Of a stretch of DNA of 49,726 nucleotides, positions 35,881 through 45,380 are shown piece by piece. The notes beneath the pieces were generated by a model that saw nothing but the letters and a program-made list of their open reading frames with translations, ran no database searches and had not been told where the DNA came from. The stretch lies in the NCBI GenBank assembly GCA_002307015.1, contig DBTK01000115.1, positions 675 through 50,400 on the forward strand. The letters are read 5' to 3'. This DNA is from Spirochaetaceae bacterium UBA1318. GTDB taxonomy: Bacteria > Spirochaetota > Spirochaetia > Treponematales > UBA1318. Made by a program: the position numbers and the translations under genes. Each line of letters begins with the position of its first letter. The first letter of the stretch is position 1.

Positions 35881-35946
35881 GGATAGTCCTTCTTTCGTTT
35901 TGAGTTATTGTAGGCCGGTTGGCCGGATATGGCAAGAAGGTCCCTC

Positions 35947-37101
35947 TCAGGCCACCCCGGTTTCCGTTTTTAAAAGGGGCCTGGCGATATGGATGCCGGT
36001 CTGGCTCGTCGCGATTTCGTTGGTGTCGAGGACTCCTCCAGGCCCGAGGGCCGCCACAACGGGACAGCGCGGGTTCACCGGATTCACGTCGATCACCTGG
36101 GCCTTCCGTCCGTCCGAGAGGAGGACGTAAGACCCGACTGGGTAGAGGGAAAGGGAATAGACAAGGCCCTTGATGACCCCCTCGTCGTACTGCTTGCCGA
36201 CGTTCTTCAGCAGGTCGATGATGCCGGCATAGCTCTCTTTCGCTTCCTTGTAGGGCCTGATCGCGGTAAGCGCCTCGTAGGAGCAGGCCGCGGAAATTAT
36301 CTTGGCGTAGGCCGATATCTTGTCCCCCGAGAGCCCCCGAGGATAGCCGGACCCGTCCATCCTTTCATGGTGCTCGAAGGCTGCGAGGCAGACGCTCAGC
36401 GGAAACTGGGCGTTCCTCAGGATGTTGAACCCGATGACGGGGTGGGCGAGGATTGCCTTCCTTTCCTGGTCGGTGAGGGGTTTCTGGCTCTGGTAGACCT
36501 GGGGAGGCAGACGGACCATGCCTATCTCGTGGAGCATGGCGGCCGTCCCGAGCTCGATCATCTTGTGGGCGGGAAATTTGAAAAAGGTTCCGAGCACCAG
36601 AGAGATGATCGTCGACTTGACCGCGTGGGCGACTATGGTGTTTTTATCGTCCTTGCCTGAATCGATCAGCTTCAGGTAGGCCCTTCGATTCTGGAGAATG
36701 GACTCGCTCAGCTCCTTCACCTTGTAGGAGATGTTCTGGACGTTGAGTTCGGTCTTGTTCACGTACCTGGTGAAGGTGTCGTCGGTGAAATGGTAGAAGT
36801 CGTTGTAGGATCCTTTGGCGATTTCCTGGCGGTGCTCCTGGGTTTCGGGCGCCGCCTCGTCCTTGGTTTCGGGAACGGCGGGCGTTTCGCCCTCGGTGGC
36901 GGCGACGGGAGCCGGGTCGAACGGGGTGGATCCCATGATGCCATCGGAAAGAACCTCCTTGAAATCCCAGTCGGCGAAGGCGTCGAGGAGATCCTGGGTT
37001 ACGGGGGTCTCGAGGGTGAGGAGGATGTAGGACTCGTCGAGATATACGGGCTGATTAAAGTAAGATCCTGCATGCATGTCGCGTACCGACTGTTTGTTCA
37101 T
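35947..37101 (-). CDS. HD-GYP domain protein (HD replaced by HE)
   Basis: LHEIG, HP..G, HHERMDGSGYPRG, RPYK, YPVGSYV. Start MNKQSV at 37101; the longer ORF-track call overlaps opposite-strand genes. Confidence 0.85.
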   Translation of the reverse strand: MNKQSVRDMHAGSYFNQPVYLDESYILLTLETPVTQDLLDAFADWDFKEVLSDGIMGSTPFDPAPVAATEGETPAVPETKDEAAPETQEHRQEIAKGSYNDFYHFTDDTFTRYVNKTELNVQNISYKVKELSESILQNRRAYLKLIDSGKDDKNTIVAHAVKSTIISLVLGTFFKFPAHKMIELGTAAMLHEIGMVRLPPQVYQSQKPLTDQERKAILAHPVIGFNILRNAQFPLSVCLAAFEHHERMDGSGYPRGLSGDKISAYAKIISAACSYEALTAIRPYKEAKESYAGIIDLLKNVGKQYDEGVIKGLVYSLSLYPVGSYVLLSDGRKAQVIDVNPVNPRCPVVAALGPGGVLDTNEIATSQTGIHIARPLLKTETGVA

Positions 37102-37170
37102 CAAAACGTCCCCTGTTGACCGCGTATTCCCAAAGCAGTATGCTCCCTTTATATTATAGGAGTTTATCCG

Positions 37171-37971
37171 ATGAAGTTTAAAACAATTTTTATTGTCTTC
37201 AATATTATCATAGTTCTGTCTTTTCTGTTCATCTTTTTCATGCCCCTCGCCCTCCTCGGCTGGGAATACTCCCAGGCATTCTGGGAACGGAACTGGCCCC
37301 TCGCAATCGTTTTCGTCGTCATCATCGGCGCGATGAACGTCTTCTTCGCGGGCAACTGGAGGCTGTTCACCCTCCTGGAGAAGGAGGACTGGCCTGCCCT
37401 CATCATGTTCCTCGAGGACAGAGTGTATACGAAGGGACGCATCCGTGGCCAGTACATTAAGCTGCTCGTCAATACCTACATGGTTTCCTCGAACGTTTCG
37501 GGCATCGAGAAGCTCGAAGCCCATGTCGGGAGCAAAAAGCCGGCCTTGCTCGAGAAGAACGCCCTGCTTTTCGGCGTTCCCCACGTTCTCAGGAACGACG
37601 GCGCGGACATGGAGGCCTATTTCGGCCGGTACCTCCGTTCGAGGAAAACGGAAAGCCCCGAGTGGATCGAATGGAACTACGCCTTCGCCCTCCTGCTTGA
37701 GCGGAAGCTCCCCGACGCCGACGGACGGTTCAGGACCCTCGCGGGCGGGGCGAAGGATCCCGGCGTGAAGCTCCTCTCCCTCTATTTCCTCGCGACGGTC
37801 ACGGGCAAGGCCGGCACGGTCGACTCCGTCGTCGATGGCGGGCGGGCCGAGCTCAGGAAGAAATTTACCCGCGACCGGCTGGCGAAGGCGATCGAAAATG
37901 CGAAGGCCGAGGTCCATATCGTCATCCTCGGCCGTCTTTTCGACGACGCCGTCGAGTGGCTCTATTCCTAG
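37171..37971 (+). CDS. Hypothetical membrane protein (two N-terminal TM helices)
   Basis: AGGAG RBS, upstream TTGACC-17-TATGCT promoter, and a hydrophobic N-terminus. Confidence 0.8.
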   Translation: MKFKTIFIVFNIIIVLSFLFIFFMPLALLGWEYSQAFWERNWPLAIVFVVIIGAMNVFFAGNWRLFTLLEKEDWPALIMFLEDRVYTKGRIRGQYIKLLVNTYMVSSNVSGIEKLEAHVGSKKPALLEKNALLFGVPHVLRNDGADMEAYFGRYLRSRKTESPEWIEWNYAFALLLERKLPDADGRFRTLAGGAKDPGVKLLSLYFLATVTGKAGTVDSVVDGGRAELRKKFTRDRLAKAIENAKAEVHIVILGRLFDDAVEWLYS

Positions 37972-38040
37972 GGCACCGAAGAACCGAGGTTTTTCAAGGT
38001 TCTTAAAACTTCTCGCAATCCTGCAGGTTCGGAGGGTATC

Positions 38041-39261
38041 ATGGATCGCACGTTCGAAAAATCCCACAAGCTCGATAACGTCTGTTACGATATCCGCGGA
38101 CCCGCGCTGAAGGAAGCGAAGCGCCTCGAGGAGGAGGGCTACCACATCCTGAAGCTGAATATCGGCAATCCGGCCGTTTTCGGCTTCAACGCCCCCGACG
38201 AGGTCATCCACGACATGATCCTGAACCTGCACAACGCCCAGGGCTATTCCGACTCTCAGGGCCTCTTTTCGGCGCGGAAGGCGATCATGCAGTACTGCCA
38301 GCAGAAGGGGATACCGGACGTCGGGATCGACGACGTCTACCTCGGCAACGGGGTGAGCGAACTCATCCAGATGTCGATGAACGGGCTCCTCGATTCGGGC
38401 GACGAGATCCTGGTTCCCGCTCCCGACTATCCCCTGTGGACCGGCGCCGTGACCCTCTCAGGCGGCAACGCCGTTCACTACCGCTGCGACGAGGGCGCCG
38501 ACTGGTATCCCGACCTGGAGGATATCAGGGCGAAGGTGACGGATCGGACCAAGGGCATCGTGCTCATCAATCCGAACAATCCGACCGGCGCCGTCTATCC
38601 CCCCGAGGTCCTGAAGGAGGTCGCCCAGATAGCCCGGGAGCACGACCTCATCATCTTTTCCGACGAGATCTACGACAAGATCCTGTACGACGGTATCACC
38701 CATACCTCGATCGCCGCCCTCGCCCCCGATCTTCTCACCGTCACCTTCAACGGCATATCGAAGGCCTACCGGGCCGCAGGCTTCCGTGCCGGCTGGATGG
38801 TGCTGTCCGGGAACAAGGCCTGCGCCTCGGGCTACCGCGAGGGCCTCGAGATGCTCTGCAACATGCGCATCTGCGCGAACGTTCCGGCCCAGTTCACGAT
38901 CCAGACGGCTCTCGGGGGATTCCAGAGCATCAACAACCTCCTCCTGCCCGGCGGAAGGCTCAGGGAGCAGCGCGATGTCTGCTGCGAGATGCTCGCCAGG
39001 ATACCCGGGGTTTCATGCGTCAAGCCGAAGGGCGCCCTCTACGCCTTTCCCCGGATCGACGTGAAGAAGTACCGCATCAACGACGACGAGAAGATGATTC
39101 TCGACCTTCTCATCGAGAAGAAGATCCTGGTCGTCCAGGGGACGGGTTTCAACTGGCCCGATCCCGACCATATCAGGATCGTGTTCCTTCCGGATACCGA
39201 TACCCTGAGGGAGGCCATCGGCCGCTTCGGGGATTTCCTTTCGGACTATTCCCAGTATTGA
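38041..39261 (+). CDS. alaA: Class I PLP aminotransferase, AlaA/AlaT type
   Basis: SHKLDNVCYDIRGP, LKLNIGNP, INPNNPTGAVY, SDEIYDK, FNGISKAYR.AGFRAGW. Confidence 0.92.
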   Translation: MDRTFEKSHKLDNVCYDIRGPALKEAKRLEEEGYHILKLNIGNPAVFGFNAPDEVIHDMILNLHNAQGYSDSQGLFSARKAIMQYCQQKGIPDVGIDDVYLGNGVSELIQMSMNGLLDSGDEILVPAPDYPLWTGAVTLSGGNAVHYRCDEGADWYPDLEDIRAKVTDRTKGIVLINPNNPTGAVYPPEVLKEVAQIAREHDLIIFSDEIYDKILYDGITHTSIAALAPDLLTVTFNGISKAYRAAGFRAGWMVLSGNKACASGYREGLEMLCNMRICANVPAQFTIQTALGGFQSINNLLLPGGRLREQRDVCCEMLARIPGVSCVKPKGALYAFPRIDVKKYRINDDEKMILDLLIEKKILVVQGTGFNWPDPDHIRIVFLPDTDTLREAIGRFGDFLSDYSQY

Positions 39262-39355
39262 GAGCCCATCGGGGTCACGAGGCTTGGCAGGGTGTGGATG
39301 AGCCATTTCGACACCCTGCAGGTATCGGGATGTCGTTCAGATTGGGGGCGGGTTT

Positions 39356-39401
39356 AAAAAGAAAAAACGGTATGCCTGGACGTCTTTTGCGCATACCGTT
39401 T
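39356..39401 (-). terminator. Rho-independent terminator of the lepB-ftsI-maf operon
   Basis: AAACGGTATGC...GCATACCGTTT stem, with a long T-tract on the minus strand. Confidence 0.65.
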
Positions 39402-39426
39402 ATGAGGGGGTTTCGAACCCTACATA

Positions 39427-41241
39427 TTAATCCTCGGCAGGGTTTCGGCCGGCTTTAGCCCTTTTTAGCAAAATCCGGTGAAAGGATGCCGCGGCGGCCA
39501 CCTCTTCGTAGACCTTCCGCGAGTTCTCGACCGCCTCCGCGAGGTTCTCCGGGATCTTGCCGCCGAGGAGGGATCGGGCGGGAGGGATGAGAAAGGAGGT
39601 TACCTCCTTCGACGCGTTCTCGGTGAGGGCCGCGTCGATTTCGTCCAGGGCCCGGGCCATCGCTTCGATCGATCCGTCTCGACCGTTGCCGTCGGCCATC
39701 TCGCCTGCCACCCTGATTCCCTCGAGAGCCGCCTTTTCCATCGAGGCGAGGGATTCGTCGAGTTCCCCCAGCACCTTCTCAAGTCCGGCGAGGGTCCCGG
39801 CTCTTCCTGCGTTGCACTCGGCGCCCAGACCCTCGATGATCAGGTCGATGTCCCCCCTTCTCACGGGACGCTCGAGGACCTCCCCGACGTGCGCAGGCGG
39901 GATTCCCGAGATCGCGACCCCGAGGGAGAGGTTTCGGCTTCCCGTTTCGGGCTTTTCCCTCATCTGGGCCTCGAACCACCACTTGTAGACGATCATCCGC
40001 CGGTCGGTCCTGACCGATCCCCCGTGGTTGGCGGGAACGCTGAATCCCCCCGCTTCCCCGAGGGACCTGAAGGAGGAGGTTTCGATGGGCGTCAGCCTCG
40101 AGGCGTAGCCGTGGGCCCTTTCCTCGAAAAAGCTCCCCCTCGCGTGGGTCGCCCCGGCCGGATAGCCGAGGTCGAGGCCGGCGAGGTAGATCGGCGAGCA
40201 TCCGGCGATCCGGGCGAGGTCCCAGGCCGAGGTCGCGACCGAGCCGCCCGCGCCGAGCTTGAGCCGGGAACCGAACACCCTGGCCTCGACATAGGAGCCG
40301 AGCGGGTAGATGGAACCGCTCATCGCGATCCGCCGGCACCGGAGGCGGAATACGGCCGGGTGGGCGGCCGGCTCGGTGACGAGGATGGATAGGGGGCAGG
40401 AGAGGCCGTCGAGGTGCCTCACGTTCCAGTACTGGGGGTCGACGACCACGACGAAATCGGGCTCGACGCCGATCCGGAGCGAGGCCCTGAGCGCCGTGTC
40501 GACGCAGATGACGAGGCAGCGTTCCGAGAGTTCGCGGAGACTCGGCAGGATGGCGTCGAGGGAGGGGCCCGCCGCGAGGACGAGAGCCGGGATTCCGGAG
40601 AAGGCCCCCGCGAATCCGTCTATGCCCGTGGAGCCGGCCAGTTCCCGCACGTTTCGCATCAGGTTGCGGACCCAGAGCCTCCCGAACCTGGCGAGGGTGT
40701 TTTCGTTGATCTCCCGCTTGGAGCGGTAGATGGTGATCGAGTCGAGGACAGAGGCGTAGTAGCCGCCGTTTCTCTCGGTGGCCGCCCTGAGGGGGAGGAT
40801 GGCGATCGAATCGGCCGGATTGGCGTTCAGGTAGGAAAGGATGGCGTCGGGCTCGGCCCCGATCATGAAGACCGTCGTCGCCGTCGAGAAGATGGCGGAG
40901 AGGTCCCGGGCCTCCATGGCCGTCCTGAAGAGCCGCGGGTCGGCCTCGATGACGAGGATCCGCCGCTCGGGGAAAAGCCTCATGGATTCCTCGATCTGGT
41001 AGCCGAGGCCGAAGCCGAGGAAAACGGCGAGGTCTCCTTCCATGGATGCGGCGAGTTTCGCCCCCTCGGCGCGGGGATCGTAGCGGGAGTGGGCGAGGGT
41101 GCCTTCGATCGCCAGACTCGGCTCCCCCGATCTGGCGGGAAAGACGGCGGCACCCTGAGCGGCGACGGTTTCCTGCATGACCCTTCCGAGCCGTTCGTAT
41201 CGGGCCGCCAGGAGTTCGAGGTTGCGGGAAAGGACGCTCAC
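39427..41241 (-). CDS. Motility-associated factor (Maf)/MptE-like flagellin glycosyltransferase family protein
   Basis: HSRYDP, FLGFGLGY, AAGPSL, CVDTAL, PDFVVVVDP, GGSVA, LAGLDL. GTG start overlaps the ftsI stop. Confidence 0.85.
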   Translation of the reverse strand: MSVLSRNLELLAARYERLGRVMQETVAAQGAAVFPARSGEPSLAIEGTLAHSRYDPRAEGAKLAASMEGDLAVFLGFGLGYQIEESMRLFPERRILVIEADPRLFRTAMEARDLSAIFSTATTVFMIGAEPDAILSYLNANPADSIAILPLRAATERNGGYYASVLDSITIYRSKREINENTLARFGRLWVRNLMRNVRELAGSTGIDGFAGAFSGIPALVLAAGPSLDAILPSLRELSERCLVICVDTALRASLRIGVEPDFVVVVDPQYWNVRHLDGLSCPLSILVTEPAAHPAVFRLRCRRIAMSGSIYPLGSYVEARVFGSRLKLGAGGSVATSAWDLARIAGCSPIYLAGLDLGYPAGATHARGSFFEERAHGYASRLTPIETSSFRSLGEAGGFSVPANHGGSVRTDRRMIVYKWWFEAQMREKPETGSRNLSLGVAISGIPPAHVGEVLERPVRRGDIDLIIEGLGAECNAGRAGTLAGLEKVLGELDESLASMEKAALEGIRVAGEMADGNGRDGSIEAMARALDEIDAALTENASKEVTSFLIPPARSLLGGKIPENLAEAVENSRKVYEEVAAAASFHRILLKRAKAGRNPAED

Positions 41242-43136
41242 CTGAGTTCCAGCGTGATCGCCGTGCCCTGGGTCAGGGGTGTGCCGGGGGGGGGATTCTG
41301 CTTCGTCACGCGGCCGTCCCCGAGGATCGTGACGGAGATGTCTCGCCTCATCAGGAGCGGCACGAGGAGCCGCTTCGGGACTCCGGTCAGGTCGGGCATC
41401 TCGGCCCCGATCTCGAGGGCCTTGAGCTTGGGCAGGGTGATCGTTCCCGAATGGGGGATGGTCGGGCTCTTGCCCCGGGATATTCCGAGGTAGGACACGA
41501 GCTCCTCGGCGGCCTGCCTCACCGGCGGCGCCGCAATCCTTCCGCCGAGGTAGGAAGGCCCCTTGGGCTTGTAGATCATGATGTAGACGATGAGCTGGGG
41601 ATCGTCGGTCGGGAGTATGGCCAGGCATGAGGCGATGTAGTCGGTATCGGAATAGCGGCCCGTCTTGGGATCGGCGATCTGGGCCGTCCCCGTCTTGACC
41701 GACATGCGGACATCCTGGATCTTGGCCCTCCAGCCGGTGCCGCTCTCGGTCGAGCCCATCTCCATGAAGCCGAGCATCTTCTCGGCGACCTCGGGGGAAA
41801 CCACCTGGCGGACGGCCTGGGGCTCGTCGACGAACAGGGGGGTGCCGTCCTGGGAGAGGACCTTCCTCACGATGATCGGCTTCATCAGCATGCCCTTGTT
41901 CGCGATCGCGGTCGCGGCCGTCGCCATCTGCAGTGCCGAGGCGCTCATCTCCTGTCCCATCGCGATCGTCGGTTTCGTCCTCGCCGACCAGTCCTCCGGC
42001 TTCTGGAGGTAGCCTGCCGTTTCGCCCGGCAGATCGATCCCGGTCTTGGTCCCGAACCCGAACTCGCCGAGCATGGAGTAGAAGTTGGCCGCATCCACGG
42101 TATCGGAGGCGTACCCCGCTCCGGCGTTGCAGGAATACTCGATGATCTTCTCCGGGGTCACCACCCCGTGCTTGTCCAGACACTTGATCGTGATCTTCTC
42201 GCCCGAGGGCAGGGTCCTCTCGTAGGCGCCATTGCAGACGAAGGTCGAGTTTTCGTTGATCCCGCCGAGCTGCATGATGGAGGCAAGCGAGAATATCTTG
42301 AATACCGAGCCCGGCTCGTAGGAGAAGGAAACGGGCCAGTCGTAGCGTTCGAGGTCGGAGTAGGAGGAGAAGCTGTTGGGGTTGAAGTCGGGTTTCGCGA
42401 CGTAGGCGAGGAGCTCCCCCGTCTTCGCGTCCATCGCCAGGAGGGTGACCGCCTCCGCGTCGTTGTCGGCTTTCACCTGGTCGGCTATCTTCTCCAGGTA
42501 GTACTGGGCGTTGACATCTATCGAAAGGAAGACCTGGTTCCCGAAATCGACGGTCGAGCCTCCGGCCGCGCCCTTCCCCTGGGTGTTCCCGGTCGGGGAG
42601 GGGATCAGGTAGGGCTGGAAGCCGTACTCGACGCCCTCCCAGCCGATGTTGTCGTCGCCGACGAAACCGAGGAGGTGGCTTGCGAGGTCCTGGTTCGGGT
42701 AGACCCGGCCGGCGACCGGCTCGAGCCTGACGCCGGGAAGACGACCCGCCTTCACCTGCTGGGCTATCCTCTCGCCGTCCTGCTGGCTGATTCGTTTCTT
42801 CAGGTAGAGGAAATCGGTCGGCGAGGCCTTGATCCGGGACTTGAGCTCGGCTGCGGGAATGTCGAGGAGGGGAGAGAGGGTGAGGCAGGTGTCGTCGACG
42901 CTCTTGATGTCCGGCCGCCAGAGGCTCACGTTGGAAAGCCTGGTCTGCATCGCGAGGAGTTTTCCGTTCCGGTCGAGTATCGGGCCCCGCTCCAGGGTTT
43001 TCGGCTGGGGCGCGGCTGGCTCCCTCGATGCCGGACGGAGCATCAGCACGGCGAACCGCAGGACGACGGCCGCGAGGACGACGAGGGTTAGAATCTGGAA
43101 GAGGAAAAAGCGCCTGCGCCCTTCGGGAATCTTCAT
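41238..43136 (-). CDS. ftsI: Class B penicillin-binding protein (FtsI-like) with a C-terminal PASTA-like domain
   Basis: RGPILDRNG, YEPGSVFK (SxxK), SCN (SxN), KTGTAQ, VTKQNPPPG. Confidence 0.9.
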   Translation of the reverse strand: MKIPEGRRRFFLFQILTLVVLAAVVLRFAVLMLRPASREPAAPQPKTLERGPILDRNGKLLAMQTRLSNVSLWRPDIKSVDDTCLTLSPLLDIPAAELKSRIKASPTDFLYLKKRISQQDGERIAQQVKAGRLPGVRLEPVAGRVYPNQDLASHLLGFVGDDNIGWEGVEYGFQPYLIPSPTGNTQGKGAAGGSTVDFGNQVFLSIDVNAQYYLEKIADQVKADNDAEAVTLLAMDAKTGELLAYVAKPDFNPNSFSSYSDLERYDWPVSFSYEPGSVFKIFSLASIMQLGGINENSTFVCNGAYERTLPSGEKITIKCLDKHGVVTPEKIIEYSCNAGAGYASDTVDAANFYSMLGEFGFGTKTGIDLPGETAGYLQKPEDWSARTKPTIAMGQEMSASALQMATAATAIANKGMLMKPIIVRKVLSQDGTPLFVDEPQAVRQVVSPEVAEKMLGFMEMGSTESGTGWRAKIQDVRMSVKTGTAQIADPKTGRYSDTDYIASCLAILPTDDPQLIVYIMIYKPKGPSYLGGRIAAPPVRQAAEELVSYLGISRGKSPTIPHSGTITLPKLKALEIGAEMPDLTGVPKRLLVPLLMRRDISVTILGDGRVTKQNPPPGTPLTQGTAITLELR

Positions 43137-43155
43137 GACCTCTCGTCCGGCAGTC

Positions 43156-43554
43156 CTAGAATATTACCTTTCCCCGCACGTCGTCGACGGGGACGAAACC
43201 ATAGTCCCGAGAATCGAATGAATCCGCCCCGTTGTCGCCGAGGGCGAAGACGGCGCCCCTGGCCCCGATCCCCGAGCACCGCTTGACGACGACACGATCC
43301 TCGATGGGGCTCTTGAACACGATGATCTCGCCCGGCGAGGGGCTGGCCCACCTGAAAAGATAGCCGTTCGTGAGCGGCAACTGAAACCCGTAGGCGAGGC
43401 GATTGACGACGAGAACCTGTCCCGGCTCCAGGGTCGGCTCCATGGAACGGCCGTCCACGTGGAAGAGGTCGAAGGTGGTTATGTTCAGGGCACCCGCGAG
43501 CACGACGGCCGTGACGATGACGACTCCGGTCGAAAAGCCTGTTTTCCGATGCAT
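43156..43554 (-). CDS. lepB: Signal peptidase I (short form)
   Basis: GRSMEPTL, VVKR, GDN..DSFDSRDYGFVP. Promoter TCGACA-17-TATAGT just upstream. Confidence 0.88.
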   Translation of the reverse strand: MHRKTGFSTGVVIVTAVVLAGALNITTFDLFHVDGRSMEPTLEPGQVLVVNRLAYGFQLPLTNGYLFRWASPSPGEIIVFKSPIEDRVVVKRCSGIGARGAVFALGDNGADSFDSRDYGFVPVDDVRGKVIF

Positions 43555-43599
43555 GACTTCGGTTTACTATAATCGTAAACCCAATTCCTGTCGATAGTC

Positions 43600-44964
43600 A
43601 TGATGATTCCCATGAGTACAATACTAGGTTTACAGCGAATTCCCAAAAGACCCTCCATCCTCCTTCGTCGCCCGGGGCGGCCGATTCTCATCGGCCATTC
43701 CCCCGCGTCGCAGGTCGTTCCGATCGGCCGTGTCATCCTCCGGGACGGAAAGCCGAAGTCCGGCCGGCGGACGGCGCCGAGGGGGCTTCCCTTCCTGCGG
43801 CCCATACCCCAGATCGTTTCCGGCCGACGGGCTCCCGCATTCCCCAGGGCGAGGCGAAGGCCCCTTCCCCTCATCGATCGATCGGGAAGCCTTGCGAAGG
43901 GTATCCTCGAATCCCAGGGGACGAAGCCGCGATGGGTTCTCCCGACGCTTCCTTCGTCCCGTCCCGATCCCTTCCGGTTTTTCAGGAAGGCCTTCGGCAG
44001 GGCTCTTTCCTCGACCCGGAAGCTTGGCCTTTTTTCAGCCATGCTCGGGGTCGGGCTCGCCGCCGTGATCGGCCTCGTCCTTTTTATCGTGGTTCCGATC
44101 GTATCGTTCCCGGTTCCCCGCGGCGGATTCACGCTGCCCGCCGATCCCTCGAAGGATTCGGCCCTGCTGGACTACGCCGAACCGGAGGGGAACGATCCCC
44201 TCGATCCCGACTCCGTTCCCTCCGTCGTCGCCCTTTCGGCCTCGTTCCGGACAAAGAACTATACCGTCAGGTCGGGCGACAGCCTCGCCTCGATCGCCAA
44301 ACGCTTCAAGCTCTCGACGGGAACCATCATCAGCGCCAATTCCATCTCGAGCGCGAGGCAGGTGACCGGCGGAACCAACCTGAAGATTCCGAACATGGAC
44401 GGAATCGTCCATAAGATCCGCCGGGGCGATTCCATCGGCGCCCTCGCTCGATCCTACGCCGTTCCCGTGAATGCCGTTCTCGACGCGAACAACCTGGAAA
44501 CCGAAACCCTCCGCGTCGGGGAATCACTGTTCATTCCAGGCGCCAAGATGAGGGATTCGGATCTCAAACGCGCCCTCGGACAGCTTTTCATCTATCCAGC
44601 CTACGGTCAGCTCAGCTCCCCCTTCGGGATCAGGCCCGATCCGTTCACCGGGGTCAGGCGGTTCCACAACGGCATCGACCTCGCCTCTCCCGTCGGTACG
44701 AGGGTTGGGGCGGCGATGGACGGGCGGGTCGCCGACATCGGCTACAACCTCGTGTACGGGAATTACGTGATCCTCGTCCACGGCGACGGATTTCAGACAT
44801 GGTACGCCCACCTCAGCAAGGTCGAGGTATCGATGAATCAAACCCTCACCCAGGGACAGAAGGTCGGGGAGGTCGGAAATACGGGGTATTCGACGGGGAG
44901 TCATCTCCATTTCTCGATTTTCCGGTACGGCAATCCGGTGAATCCTCTCAAGTATCTCAATTGA
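43600..44964 (+). CDS. LysM-containing M23 family peptidase; start uncertain
   Basis: One TM helix, two LysM domains, HNGID and HLH. Confidence 0.88.
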   Translation: MMIPMSTILGLQRIPKRPSILLRRPGRPILIGHSPASQVVPIGRVILRDGKPKSGRRTAPRGLPFLRPIPQIVSGRRAPAFPRARRRPLPLIDRSGSLAKGILESQGTKPRWVLPTLPSSRPDPFRFFRKAFGRALSSTRKLGLFSAMLGVGLAAVIGLVLFIVVPIVSFPVPRGGFTLPADPSKDSALLDYAEPEGNDPLDPDSVPSVVALSASFRTKNYTVRSGDSLASIAKRFKLSTGTIISANSISSARQVTGGTNLKIPNMDGIVHKIRRGDSIGALARSYAVPVNAVLDANNLETETLRVGESLFIPGAKMRDSDLKRALGQLFIYPAYGQLSSPFGIRPDPFTGVRRFHNGIDLASPVGTRVGAAMDGRVADIGYNLVYGNYVILVHGDGFQTWYAHLSKVEVSMNQTLTQGQKVGEVGNTGYSTGSHLHFSIFRYGNPVNPLKYLN

Positions 44965-45342
44965 CCCCTTTTTCGTTACGCGGCGGCATAATCTCCTCTG
45001 CTGGGGCTTATGTTGATTAATTCTGTCGAACGGTGTAGGATATCGCGGTTGGGGGCAAGGGTATGAAAAAACTCATGCTGTTTGTCATCGCATTGTTCGC
45101 TGTTTTTACGTTTATCCGCGTGTATAGCGGATCGACGGCAGATATGAAACAATCGGTGACGACGGCTCAATTCGAACGAACCATAGAAAAGTAGTCTGTA
45201 TCTTAAATAAGACGGGTAAAATGGTGATATGTATACATAATCATACGTTTTACCCGTTTTAATTTTAAACACCAAAAACGAGTTTTATTTAAACTATTTC
45301 ACCTGAATTACTTACGAAACTTCCTTTTCTGATGATGTTGGT

Positions 45343-45358
45343 TGGCATAGAACCTGCA
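45343..45358 (+). promoter_or_regulatory. sigma54 (-24/-12) promoter
   Basis: TGGCATAGAACCTGCA has GG-N10-GC spacing and ends 22 nt before the ATG. Confidence 0.7.
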
Positions 45359-45380
45359 TGTATTCTGTAAAGGAGTTATC

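Noticed and set aside
37102-38232. 761-aa version of the HD-GYP ORF
   Set aside because: The extension is antisense to the 37171 gene and alaA; it is a high-GC shadow ORF.
39406-39421. tRNA T-arm-like GGGTTCGAAACCC on the minus strand
   Set aside because: No cloverleaf context and no integrase nearby; it is an isolated short hairpin.
41242-42183. 918-aa version of the Maf ORF
   Set aside because: The extension lies within ftsI in another frame. The GTG at 41241 overlaps the ftsI stop.
44976-45275. 99-aa minus-strand ORF in the AT-rich gap
   Set aside because: No RBS, atypical composition, and it overlaps the candidate regulatory palindrome.
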